DNA from: the human T2T-CHM13v2.0 reference genome, Homo sapiens
DNA length: 64,000 bases
Assembly: GCF_009914755.1 (NCBI RefSeq)
Contig: NC_060926.1
Direction: 5' to 3' (one strand)
Both the position numbers and the translations under genes were made by a program. The notes below the pieces were generated by a model that was not told the DNA's origin, made no database searches, and saw only the letters and a program-made list of their open reading frames with translations. Within the stretch, counting starts at the first letter, position 1; the number at the start of each line of letters is the position of its first letter. Shown here piece after piece: positions 52,926 through 64,000 of the stretch.

Positions 52926-53553
52926 CTGTGCTGTCCAGGGCAGCAGCCACTAACCATGTGTGCCTGATGAGCACTGAAAAGGAGCTCAGAAATGTTGAGA
53001 TGTGCTGTGTGTAAAATATACACTGAATTCTAAAACTGGGGATTAAAAAGAATGGGAAACACCTTCTCAATATTTTGTATATTGATGACACATTGCAATG
53101 ATAGTATTTTGAATATATTGGGTTGAAATATATTATTGAAATTAATTTTACCTGTTTTTTTTCTTTCTTTTTTTTTTTTTTTTTTTTTTACATGGAGTCT
53201 CGCTCTGTTGCCTAGGCTGGCGTGCAGTGGTGCGATCTTGGCTCACTGCAAACTCTGCCTCCCAGATTCAAGTGTTCTCCTGCCTCGCCTCCTGAGCAGC
53301 TGGGATTACAGGCACCCACCATAACTCCTGGCTAATTTTTGTATTTTTAGTGGAGACAGGGTTTCACTGTGTTGGCCACGCTGGTCTCGAACTCCCAACC
53401 TCAAGCCATCCACCCACCTCGGCCTCTCAAACTGCTGGTATTACAGGCATGAGCCACCACACCCGGCCTCTTTTTCTTTCTTAATGTGGCCACTAGAAAA
53501 CTTAAGATCCCCATTGCAGTGCATGTTGTATTTCTGTCACACACCGTTGCACT
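52926..53553. mobile_element. MER33 hAT-Charlie element split by an Alu
   Basis: gtgctgtcca...gccactaaccatgtg...gagatgtgctgtgtgtaaaatatacact...aattaattttacctg | Alu | ttaatgtggccactagaaaa. Confidence 0.8.
53169..53468 (-). mobile_element. AluSx/Sz
   Basis: Antisense Alu; TSD tttttctttct. Confidence 0.95.
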
Positions 53554-53604
53554 GGGCACCACTCTGTCACTCCTGTCATGCGGAGTCCTGCCCTTGGAAT
53601 GCCG

Positions 53605-54076
53605 TGTTTTTGTTTCTCACTGCTGCTGTAACAAATTACCACCAGCTCAGTGGCTCAGAACAACACACATCTATTATTTTGCAGTTCTGGAGGTCAGACT
53701 CTGACCTGGGTGTCACTGGGCTACAGCCAAGGCGTCATCGGGGCTGCGTTCCTTTCTGGAGACTGTGGAGAAGAATCTCTTTCTGTGCTTCTCTGAGCTG
53801 CCCACATGCCCTGGCTCACAGCCCCCTTCCATTTCCAAAGCCAGCAATTGTTGTGAGGCTTTCTCACACTGCGCACCCTCACACGGACTCGCCTACCTCC
53901 CCCTTGCACATCCCACCTGAATAATTCAGGATAATCTCCTGACATCGAGGTCAGCTGACTAGTGACCGTAATCCCATTTGGGCCCTTAACTTCTCCTTGC
54001 CATGTAACCTAACATATTCATGGGCTCCAGAAATTAGGACTTGTACATCTTCAGGGCCCTTCTTCAGCTGCCCACA
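53605..54076 (-). mobile_element. MLT1D-like solo LTR
   Basis: tgctgctgtaacaaattaccac...cagttctggaggtcaga...ccttgccatgtaacctaacatattca; flanks tgccg / cgcca are consistent with a CpG-decayed TSD. Confidence 0.82.
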
Positions 54077-54129
54077 CGCCAGTGCCCCGTGCGTGTGTTT
54101 TCTTGTTCTGTGCTAACTGGCCAGCTCTT

Positions 54130-54665
54130 GGAAATGACTGGTGTGGGAACACTTGCTTCATTTTCTCCCTGTTCTTGATTATAGTCCAGAGATCTGCTGG
54201 GGGATGGTGTGAGCCCAAAGAAGCCGATTTCCTTCTTGAAGGGGGTGAGAAGAAGGGAGACTGTGACTTGACCAAGCCAATCGGCAAACTACCTTCCCTC
54301 CCAACAGAAGTTGATTTGTTCAGGAGGAGGCATGTGACAAAAGCTGGGCCACTCAGAGCCCATCTAAGGACTTCACTGAAATGCTGACATAAAGCAGCCA
54401 CTTGTGCCACAGGGGGAAAGCCAGCCTCAAGTGAAACTGTCTCGCAAAGAAATAGAGATGAATGACTTGTAGAGAACTGGAAACAAACAAAATGAAACTT
54501 GCAGAGAAAATATTGCAAGTAAATGTTGAACCTCTGGATCGAACCATGGCTGAGTCCCTCCTGGCTCTGACTTTTCAGTTAGGTGGGTCCACACATTCTC
54601 TTTTTCGGCCAAGCCATTTGAATGGGATTTTCTGCTCTTTGCAAAATAAAGATTTGCGATGACTT
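54130..54665 (+). mobile_element. MLT1K/L-like LTR remnant
   Basis: ctggatcgaaccatggctga...gacttttcagtta...aagccatttgaatgggattttctg. Confidence 0.55.
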
Positions 54666-55535
54666 AGAGAGGGGTTAAAGCCATATTTGATCTGGACACA
54701 TGAGAGTACCTGAAGCCTGTCCTCACCCAGCTGTCTCTTCCCACTGGTCTTTGAGGCACAGGTCCTAAAGGAATGCCCTGTCTCTCTTTCCCCCAGATCT
54801 CCAAGAGGACCCTCCTGCCTCTGCTTCTCTTCCTCCCCTGAAGTCAATTTTGCAGTGTGCTGGTCAGCCTCATCCAGCCCCTCTTTTCTGGGAACTGCTC
54901 TAACTCTATGGCTGGATTGACTGGCCAAGAGACAGACACCAGGGTGAGCTGGATCATCAGACAGTCTCTCCTAGGAATGTGAAATACGAATTCAGAGAGG
55001 CTGGCAGCCCATTGTTCATGGGAATGCAGAAGCTATGGGGCTGAGAAACCCCTTTCCATCCAGACGGAAAGAAGGTATAGTGGGTGAGGGGAGAACAGCA
55101 GAGGCAGGCAACCCTGGGGCCGGGGAGCAAGGAGGAGCAGCTGCCTCTGTCTCCAAGGGCTTGCTAGCTTGAGGTCAGGTCCTTCCTGAGGTCTGACTGC
55201 TCCTCTTGCCCATTGGGTCTGAAATAAATTAATTATCACCCGCCCTTTTCCTCTATAGATGAGTTGAATCAATTTCTATCACTTGACATCAGAAGAGCCT
55301 TGAATAAGCCACACTTCCCATTCCCATGCTTGCCCTAGGACCCATTGCCCCAGATGGGGAGAAGGCCAAGTGAACACCCAGCCTTCAGGAACCCTCATGG
55401 AGGCAGTTCTCTTCCCCCACTTTCTGCCAGGCAGGAGAGGCTGCTGAGGCTGCAGCAATGACCTGGGCTGCCTGGGGTTACTGAAGGCAGCAGGAAGCAG
55501 TGTTGGGTTGAGTCCCAGGTTTCCGGACTCCACAC

Positions 55536-55992
55536 CTGGTGGCCGACGCAGCTAGCTACCTAGTCCACAGCCATTCTCCCCTTCCTCTCCCTCAAAGCCA
55601 AAGGTGGTTACACAACACAGTACAGCCCATGACAGGCATCTTCAGAGTGGGGCTTCCAGGACAGCTACTGCTTTCCTGTTGGGCCTGGTGGCTCTTCACT
55701 GTACCTTTCCCCTTCCCTATATTCCTCCCTGGGGCACAAAGTTCTGCCTGAAGGTGTAGCAGCAGGTATTTGTGACCCTGAGGATGAAGGCACCTGGTGA
55801 GGATGTCAACATAGGGAGCTGGAAGGACCCTGGTCCCCTATAGCCTCACCACAGCCCCAGCAGTGGGACCATCATGGATCCTGACCTTTGGGCTTCTCAT
55901 TACTCAAGGAATAGAAAAACCCCAAACCGTGTTTGCTTAAGACCCTCTTGTCAGGTTTCTAAGTCTTTATTATTTGCAATTATAACTGATAA
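55536..55992 (+). mobile_element. LTR16-like ERVL LTR remnant
   Basis: ccattctccccttcctc...ttgtgaccctgaggatgaagg...gaaggaccctggtccc...ataactgata. Confidence 0.55.
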
Positions 55993-56263
55993 TTTCCTAT
56001 GTCCTCTGGGAATTTGGGTCATGGGTGGAGTTTTCTGGCGAGAAGAAGGGCTCAGGGACTCTCTAATTTCATCATTTTGCCCAGGGTCCAGTTTCCTCTG
56101 AAGTTTGCAAGGACACATGGAAGGTCAGCAGAAACTTGGCCATCTCAGTGTCCTGGTGGGTGATTTTTACGAGGATTTCTCATCACAGAGGATGGGAACC
56201 CAAAGGAGAATGGCCGCCATTGGAGCCTTTCCTGTCCCTCCACTGCTCAAAACAACTGAACTC

Positions 56264-57038
56264 TGTGTCAGTTGGGCTGCAAGTAAAGAAAACTCAACTA
56301 ATGGAGGCCTCATTGAACAGGAGTTCATTTTACTCACGTAACAAACCTATGTGGTCCCAGGATTGTCTCACGGCCCAGTAAAGGCAAAGCATGGCGTTAG
56401 CAAGTCTGAGATGTTCTTGAATTTCCCCCCATTGCTGCAAGATGGCCCCTACAGCTCCAAACATCACATCCTCAATGGTGAATAAAGCTGATCTCCAACT
56501 GGGAAGAACCTCTGTCTCCTGGTGTGGTGAAGGCTGTTGGAGCATCTGCAGGAGCATCCAAACCCTGTGCTATTGGGGTAGTCCATGCCCTTCAAGCCAG
56601 TCATGGCTTTCCTGTTTCCTCTGTCAAATACTGGCTAAGGATAGGTCTGTGATGCAATTCTGGCCAGTGAGACATGATGGAAGAGCTGCTGGGTGAAATT
56701 CTGGGAAAAGTTCCCTTACTCTTTAGAAGATGGATCCAGGAGAAGAGAGTCTCTTTTGCTGAGTGTTGTCATATCTGGAGGTGATGCCTGGAACTGTGGC
56801 AGCTGACTTGTGATTATGAGGGAAGCTGGCCTGAAAACAGACTGGCCCACTGAAGAGGAGGGCAGCATGGAATGTGGAATAAACCTGGGTCCCTGTTGGC
56901 TTCCTGCGGCCCTGATCTAACCAGCCCTGAGCTGTCCTACCTCTGCACTGCTTGGCACAGGAGACACATCTTGATTGTTTAAGCCCCTTTGAGTTGGGTT
57001 TTCTGTTCCTTGCAGCTGACAGCACTCTAACCAATCCA
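56264..57038. mobile_element. MLT1J-like (-) fragment followed by an MLT1J/LTR16-like (+) LTR
   Basis: gctgcaagtaaagaaaactcaact...tgcaagatggcccctacagctcca; then ttctggccagtgagacatga...ttgtttaagcccctttgagttgggttttctgttccttgcagc. Confidence 0.55.
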
Positions 57039-58499
57039 CACATTTCCCTCTGCTCGATTTCCTGCTCCAGAGAGACAGGCACAGACCAGTACCGGGCAGC
57101 CCCACTCTGGGGAAAAACAACAGTGCTTATTGTTTGCCGGCACAGTGGGAGCTCTGCCTCCTGGCACAGTGGGAGCTCTGCCTCCTGTGGCAGGCTGGCC
57201 ATTCCAAAACCACACTGCCTGCCACTGCCATAAAGAGGCCAGGACTGTGTTCAAAACCCCAGGCAGCAGGAGGAGTGGTTTGTGGGAGGTGTTGTGGTAG
57301 TGCATAAAGGAAGGTCATTTCCTGACCCTCAGAACCCACACTGCCCTCAGCCCCACACAGCCCTACCCAGCCCAGCATCGCCCCCAGTGCCCCTGGAGAC
57401 AATAATGGCAGCCACCCACTGGCTGCTCCTGTGCGGGCAGGGCAGGAAAGCTGGTGGTTAAGTGCTGGAGAACCCCCAGGCCCTGGGGCTTGGCCGGAAA
57501 GGATTTCTGTAGAGACAGCGTGGACATTCTGTCCTCTGCAGGCCGCCTGGTACAGGATGAAAACAGGCCGGCTCAGTACTTTTTTGGCAACCGATTATAT
57601 AGATTTGCATCCACATGAGCTCCCTCTTGCAATGAACCAGGCCCCCACAAGGGCTCTCCCCACAGTCATTTGTGTTGAGAACGCTCTGAGCCCTTGAGCC
57701 TCCTTCCTCTCTGGGAAAGGGACTTGTTGGCAGTGAGAAGAACCTAGAGGGAGGCACTTCTGGAGGCATTTCCTTTCTGGGAGGAAATGCTCCAGGGCTC
57801 TCCTCCATCCACCAACAGCCTCCAAGTTGAGTAAGTGGCAGCGAAGGTCACGCCTGAGCTGGCAGCCATGGAACCTCACCTCCTGCTTTTCCAGCTTCGT
57901 TCCCAAAGACGTCCCTCCACGAGCTTGTGCTCATGCCATGCCTATGCTGGAAGCCCTTGCTGTCTGCAGGTGGCGATGTGACCCGGGCCTGGCCCTGGGG
58001 ATTTGTTCAGGCGTGTCACTCTTTCTGACCAAAGGGGACCAGCCTTGGGGCTTTTGTGGAAACCTCTGAGAAAGGGAGGTCCACAATTCTGGTTTCCTAG
58101 CTGGAGAGAATACGCCTGGCCCTGCTGGCAACCATCTTTCCCACCCAAGGGAGTCAGCCTGGACATTTTAGTCACTTGAGTCAATAAATTCTGTTTGCAA
58201 AGAAAAAAAAAAATCGCTTTGAGCCGGGCTTTCTGTGGCTTACAGTGGAAACTCATTAGTAATATAAATGCAGATATCCCTCTTAGGCCAAAGTAATCTC
58301 TCCTTTCTTGCTTGCTCTATACCACACACACCTGCTTCATTGGCATTTACTGTTTCCCCACCTGCACGGGTGACCTTAGCCCCCCTGCACAAAGGCCTGG
58401 ACGTCGCTGCCTCTGCAGCTGCCCCAGATCCAGGTGCCGTTAATTTTACCCTCAAGTTGCGCTAAACTACTCAGTGAATTATTGTTGGTCCAATAAAAC

Positions 58500-59060
58500 C
58501 ACTTTTGTTTTATTTATTCTTTTGTCTCCACACTCACTCCCATTCCCTTCCCCTGCATGGGCAACATGCTCCCCATAGATTCCCCCACCTCCTGTGCTGC
58601 TTTAAAAATGCTCTTTCAAAAGAGATACAGTCTTTATGTGTTTTTTAATGTCTGCAAATGGTAATGTTTGGGTTCCCATGTTGCTTCTTCCTTTTTAAAC
58701 TCAGCCCTGTGTTCAGGCCCATCCATGTGGCTATGTGTGCCTTTCATCTCTCCTTGTGGCTGCATAATTCTCCATGGTGTGGACCATTCCCATTTTGTCT
58801 CTCCATTCTCCCCAGGATAGAAACCCTAGGGTGCCTCCCGCAGCCCCCATCCCCACACTACCACAAAGAACTCTGCAGTGAACATCTTGGTGTGCATGTT
58901 TGATGAATCTGTGTCAATTTCTTTTACATCTCTACCTGGAAATGGAATAGCAGGGGTGTAAGGGATGCATACTATTGATCAAAATCCCTCCACAATGGTG
59001 GCTCTGGTCTACACTCCACAAGCAGTGCCCTCATCAACTTCCCCACTTCCCCACCCAACA
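58500..59060 (-). mobile_element. L1ME-like fragment
   Basis: catccatgtggctatgtgtgc...gcagtgaacatcttggtgtgc...ctacctggaaatggaatagc. Confidence 0.6.
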
Positions 59061-59068
59061 TGAAGACT

Positions 59069-59247
<179 letters not shown>

Positions 59248-59270
59248 TAGATTAGTTTTGCCTAAAAGAT

Positions 59271-59799
59271 TGCATTAGTTTTCTACAGCTGCAGAACAAG
59301 TTAACACAAATTGTGTGGCTTAAAACACCATTTATTTTTCATCTCCCATTTTCTGTGGGCCAGGATTCTGGGCTCGGCTTAGCTGGGTGCTCTGCTCAGA
59401 CTGTAACCCGGTGTTGGCCAGGCTGCATTCTCATCAGAGGCTCCACTGGAGAAAGATCTGATTCCAGGCTGCCTCAGGTGGCTGGCAGTATTCATCTCCG
59501 AGTGGTTGTAGAACTCAAGGAGACTTGCTTCTTCAATGTCAGCAGGAGAGATAGTCTCATACCTTTACATCCTTTTTTAAAGGGCTCACCTGATTAGATG
59601 CACCCTGGATGATGTCCTTTTTCATTAACATAAAGTCAACTGATCAGGGACTTTAATTACATTGGCAAATTCTTTTCCCCTTTTCCATATGGCACATCAT
59701 CACCTTTGTTAGAATCTATTAATTAGAAGCACATTTACCAGGAGAGGATTACAGAAGTGCTTGCCTATTGGAGTTCAGCTGAGAATTTTGCCTACCATG
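59271..59799 (-). mobile_element. MLT1E-like LTR
   Basis: tgcattagttttcta...ttttaaagggctcacctgatt...aaagtcaactgatcagggactttaattacat...gaattttgcctacca. Confidence 0.8.
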
Positions 59800-59824
59800 T
59801 ATGTATAAGGTTGTATCTGGTTCA

Positions 59825-60635
59825 AATTGTAGTAAAGCACACAGAACATAAAATTTCCCATCTTAACCACTGTTAATTGTACACTTTAGTGGTATCAAAT
59901 ACTTTCACATTGTTGTGCAACCATTACCACCATCCATCTCAAGAACTCTACTTTTGTGAAACTGAAACACTGTGTCCAATTAGATACTAACTTCCCATTC
60001 CGTTTTTGCCCCAGCCCTTGGCAATCATTCTATTTTCTGTTTCTATGAATTTGATTATTCTAGGTATCACATGTAAGTGGAATACTGTCTTTTTGTGACT
60101 GGCTATTCCACTTAGCATAATGCCCTCAAGGTTCATCCACGATGTAGCCTATCACAGGATTCTCTCCCTTTCTAAGGCTGAATCATATTTTATTGCATGT
60201 ATAGACCACATTTTGTTCATGCATTCGTCTATCAATGGACACTTGCTTCCACTTTTTGGTTCCTATGAATGCTGCTGCTATGAACTTGGATATACAATAT
60301 CTCTTTAACATCCTGCTTTCAATCCTTTTGGGAATACGTCCAGAAGTGGAAATTCTTGGTCATACGGTAATTCTATTTGAATTTTTTTTTAGGAATGGCC
60401 ATGTTGTTGTCCACAGTGGCGGCACCATTTTACATACCCACCGGTAGTGCACAAGGGTCTAATGTCTCACTCCTCACCAACACTCGGTATTTTCGGGTTT
60501 TCTTGACAGTAGCTATTCTAGTGGGTATGAAGTGCTATCTCACTGTAGTTTTCATCTGCATTTCCCTTATTCTGGGTGATTCTCAGCACCTTTTCTTGTG
60601 CTCATTGACCATCTGTGTATCTTTTTTGGAGAACT
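59825..60635 (-). mobile_element. L1MB3-like 3' end
   Basis: aacataaaatttcccatcttaacca...ttcacattgttgtgcaaccattaccaccatccatctc; older L1M sequence continues to ~61000. Confidence 0.85.
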
Positions 60636-61098
60636 ATTTCCTCATATATCTTATTGTTAGAATGTGTATTTCTGTACTAATGATCTTAGCCACTTCCTCA
60701 TATGCTTCCTGGCTTTTGGGGTTTCCTCTCCCAAAAACTGCCTGCTCGTGTCCTTTGTCTATTTATTTTTCTTGTTAATTTTCAGGAGCTCCTCGTATAT
60801 TGAGGCCACTAATCTCTTGTCAGTTTTAGACTGCACATAACTTCTCTCATTTTGCCATGTGTCACTTGCAACAGATCTATTTGATTGTAACATCATGAAA
60901 TCCCCTCCACTTTTTCTGCCTTATGGTTTCTGCTTTGAAATTTTGTCTAAGAAATCTTCTACTCCTTTTGGTAAGTTCCCCTGTGTGTTTTGTTTTCTAA
61001 CATGTTATAATCTGGCTATTCATGGTGGTCATCGTGAAAAGCAATCCCATATAAGGTGGATGCTCAGATTACGGATTAAAGAATCAATTAGTCACTTC

Positions 61099-61108
61099 CA
61101 AGATGGCC
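61099..61108 (+). promoter_or_regulatory. YY1 site of the L1 internal promoter
   Basis: caagatggcc at the L1 5' end. Confidence 0.75.
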
Positions 61109-62116
61109 AAGTAGGAACAGCTCCGTTCTGCAGCTTCCAGTGAGATTGACACAGAAGATGGGTGATTTCTGCATTTCCAACTGAGGTTCCTGGTTCATCT
61201 CACTGGGACTGGTTGGACAGTGGATGCAGCCCATGGAGGGTGAGCCGAAGCAGGGCGGGGCATTGCCTCACCTGGGAAGTGCAAGAGGTCAGGGGATTTC
61301 CCTTTCCTAGCCAAGGGAAGCCGTGACAGACTGTACCTGGAAAAACGGTACACTTCTGCCCAAATACTGCACTTTTCCCATGGTCTTAGCAACCAGCAGA
61401 CCAGAAAATTCCCTCCCGTGCCTGGCTCAGTGAGTCCCATGCCCATGGTCCTTTGCTCTCTGCTAGCGCGGCAGTCTGAGATCGACCTGCGAGGTGGCAG
61501 CCTTGTGGGAGGTGGTGGAGGGGCGTCTGCCATTGCTGAGGCTTGAGTAGGTAAACAAAGCTGCCAGGAAGCTTGAACTGGGTGGAGCCCACTGCAGCTC
61601 AGCAAGGCCTACTACCTTTATAGACTCAACCTCTGTGGGCAGGGCATAGCTGAACAAAAGGCATCAGACAACTTCTGCAGACTTAAAACGTCCCTGTCTG
61701 ACAGCTCGGAAGAGAGCAGTGGTTCTCCCAGCATGGCGTTCGAGCTCTGAGAACAGACAGACTACCTCCTCAAGTGGGTCCCTGACCGCTGTGTAGCCTG
61801 ACTGGGAGACACCTCCCAGTAGGAGCCAACAGACACCTCACACAGGCAGGTGCCGCTCTGGGATGATGCTTCCAGAGGAAGGATCAGGCAGCAATATTTG
61901 CTGTTCTACAGCCTCCCCTTGTGATACCCAGGCAAACAGGTCTGGAGTGGACCTCCAGCAAACTCCAAAAGACCTGCAGCTGAGGGTCCTGACTGTTAGA
62001 AGGAAAACTAACAAGCAGAAAATAATAGCATCAACATCAACAAAAAGGACATCCACACCAAAACCCCATCTGTAGGTCACCAACATCAAAGACCAAAGGT
62101 AGATAAAACAACAAAC

Positions 62117-63129
62117 ATGGAGAGAAACCAGAGCAGGAAAGCTGAAAATTCCAAAAATCAGAGCGCCTCTTCTCCAAAGGATCGCAGCTGCTCACCAGCA
62201 ACGGAACAAAACTGGACAGAGAATGACTTTAATGAGTTGACAGAAGTAGGCTTCAGAAAGTCAGTAGTAACAAACTTCTCTGAGCTAAAGAATATTCTAA
62301 CCCATTGCAAGGAAGCTAAAAACCTTGAAAAAAGATTAGACAAATGGCTAACTAGAATAAACAGTGTAGAGAAGATCTTAAATGACTTGATGGAGCTGAA
62401 AAGCAGGGCACGAGAACTTCATGACGCATGCACAAGCTTCAGTAGCCGATTCGATCAAGTGGAAGAAAGGGTATCAGTGATTGAAGATGAGTTGAATGAA
62501 ATGAAGTGAGAAGAGTTTAGAGAAAAAAGACTAAAAAGAAATGAACAAAGCCTCCAAGAAATATGGGACTATGTGAAAAGACCAAATCTACATTTGATTG
62601 GTGTACCTGAAAGTGACAGGGAGAATGGAACCAAGTTGGAAAACACTCTTCAGGATATTATCCAGGAGAACTTCCCCAACCTAGCAAGGCAGGCCAACAT
62701 TCAAATTCAGGAAACACAAAGAACACCACAAAGACACTCCTTGGGAAGAACAACCCCAAGACTCATAATTGTCAGATTCACCAAGGTTGAAATGAAGGAA
62801 AAAATATTAAGGGCAGCCAGAGAGAAAGGTCGGGTTACCCACAAAGGGAAGCCCATCAGACTAACAGCGGATCTCTCAGCAGAAACTCTACAAGCCAGAA
62901 GAGAATAGGGGCCAATATTCAACATTCTTAAAAGAATTTTCAAGCCAGAATTTCATATCCAGCCAAACTAAGCTTCTTAAGTGAAGGAGAAATAAAATCC
63001 TTTACAGACAAGCAAATGCTGAGAGATTTTGTCACCACCAAGCCTGCCTTACAAGAGCTCCTGAAGGAAGCATTAAACATGGAAGGGAACAACCAGTACC
63101 AGCCACTGCAAAAACATGCCAAATTATAA
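62117..63129 (+). pseudogene. L1 ORF1p, disrupted
   Basis: MERNQSRKAENSKNQSASS...; stop at 62507-62509; resumes KRPNLHLIGVPESD...IIVRFTKVEMKEKILRAAREKG; stop at 62906-62908. Confidence 0.92.
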
Positions 63130-63192
63130 AGACCATTGATGCTATGAAGAAACTGCATCAATTAATGGGCAAAATAGCCAGCTTACATCATA

Positions 63193-64000
63193 ATGTCAGG
63201 ATCAAATTCACACATAACAATATTAACCTTAAATGTAAATGGGCTAAATGCTCCAATTAAAAGACACAGACTGGCAAATTGGATAAAGAGTCAAGACCCA
63301 TCATTGTGCTGTATTCAGGAGACCCATCGCACGTGCAGAGACACACATAGGCTCAAAATAAAGGGATGGAGGAAGATCTACCAAGCAAATGGAAAGGGAA
63401 AAAAAGCAGGGGTTGCAATCCTAATCTCTGATAAAACAGACTTTAAACCAACAAAAATCAAAAGAGACAAAGAAGGCCATTACATAATGTGTAAAGGGAT
63501 CAATTCAACAAGAAGAGCTAACTATCCGAAATACACAGGCACCCAATACAGGAGCACCCAGATTCATAAAGCAAGTCCTTAGAGACTTACAAAGAGACTT
63601 AGACTCCCACACAATAATAACTGGAGACTTTAACACCCCACTATCAACATTAGGCAGATCAATGAGACAGAAGGTTAACAAGGATATCCAGGACTTGAAC
63701 TCAGCTCTGCACCAAGTGGAACTAATAGCCATCTACAGAACTCTCCACCCCAAATCAACAGAATATACATTCTTCTCAGCACCACATCACACTTATTCTA
63801 AAATTGACCACATAATTGGAAGTAAAACACACCTCAGCAAATGTAAAAGAACAGAAAGCACAACAAACTGTCTCTCAGACCACAGTGCAATCAAATTAGA
63901 ACTCAGGATTAAGAAACTCACTCAAAGCCATACAACTACATGGAAACTGAACAACCTGCTCCTGAATGACTACTGGGCAAATAATAAAATGAAGGCAGAA
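63193..64000 (+). pseudogene. L1 ORF2p endonuclease domain, frameshifted
   Basis: MSGSNSHITILTLNVNGLNAPIKRHRLANWIKSQDP..CCIQETH...; +1 frameshift near 63490 (tacataatgtgtaaaggg versus consensus tacataatggtaaaggg). Confidence 0.92.

Larger units (their letters stand above)
61091..64000 (+). mobile_element. L1PA7-like LINE-1, 5'UTR-ORF1-ORF2 (continues beyond the window)
   Basis: Starts cttccaagatggccaagtaggaacagctcc, after a tt|aaagaa endonuclease-type target; ~1-kb 5'UTR; ORF1 and ORF2 remnants. Confidence 0.93.

Noticed and set aside
58177-58190. AP-1 site TGAGTCA plus AATAAA as a gene 3' end
   Set aside because: It matches the 3' region of an MLT1K-like LTR remnant (~58040-58200), so it is repeat-derived and has no independent support.

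Overview
This is primate (human-like) genomic DNA, intergenic or intronic, and I can support no intact host protein-coding gene, RNA gene or prokaryote-type system in it. Much of it is recognisable interspersed repeat: 14 Alu copies or monomers, MIR/L2/L3 relics, hAT MITEs (MER5A, MER33, an ORSL-like element), a full-length THE1C MaLR provirus with a GATGG TSD, solo LTRs (MLT1A, MSTB, MLT1I, LTR7C, MLT1D/E/J/K, LTR16/33-like), a composite MER57/MER93-like ERV1 element, a nested L1MC > L1MA2 > Alu stack, and the 5' end of an L1PA7-like LINE with disrupted ORF1/ORF2 running off the right edge. The window divides into a mixed left part (1-16 kb), an AT-rich L1-dense block (16-33.8 kb), a GC-rich, largely unique, MIR-dotted block (33.8-58 kb) containing a ~1-kb (GGAT)n array, and an L1-rich right end. 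The best leads are regulatory or structural: three abutting hairpins with TGACAG/TAAT motifs at ~34.9 kb, a candidate terminal exon at ~4.9-5.1 kb, LTRs with asymmetric loss of a DUX4 or polyA motif, an RE1-like site, and several fold-back micro-inversions. Repeat subfamily names come from recalled consensus sequences, not from a database search.
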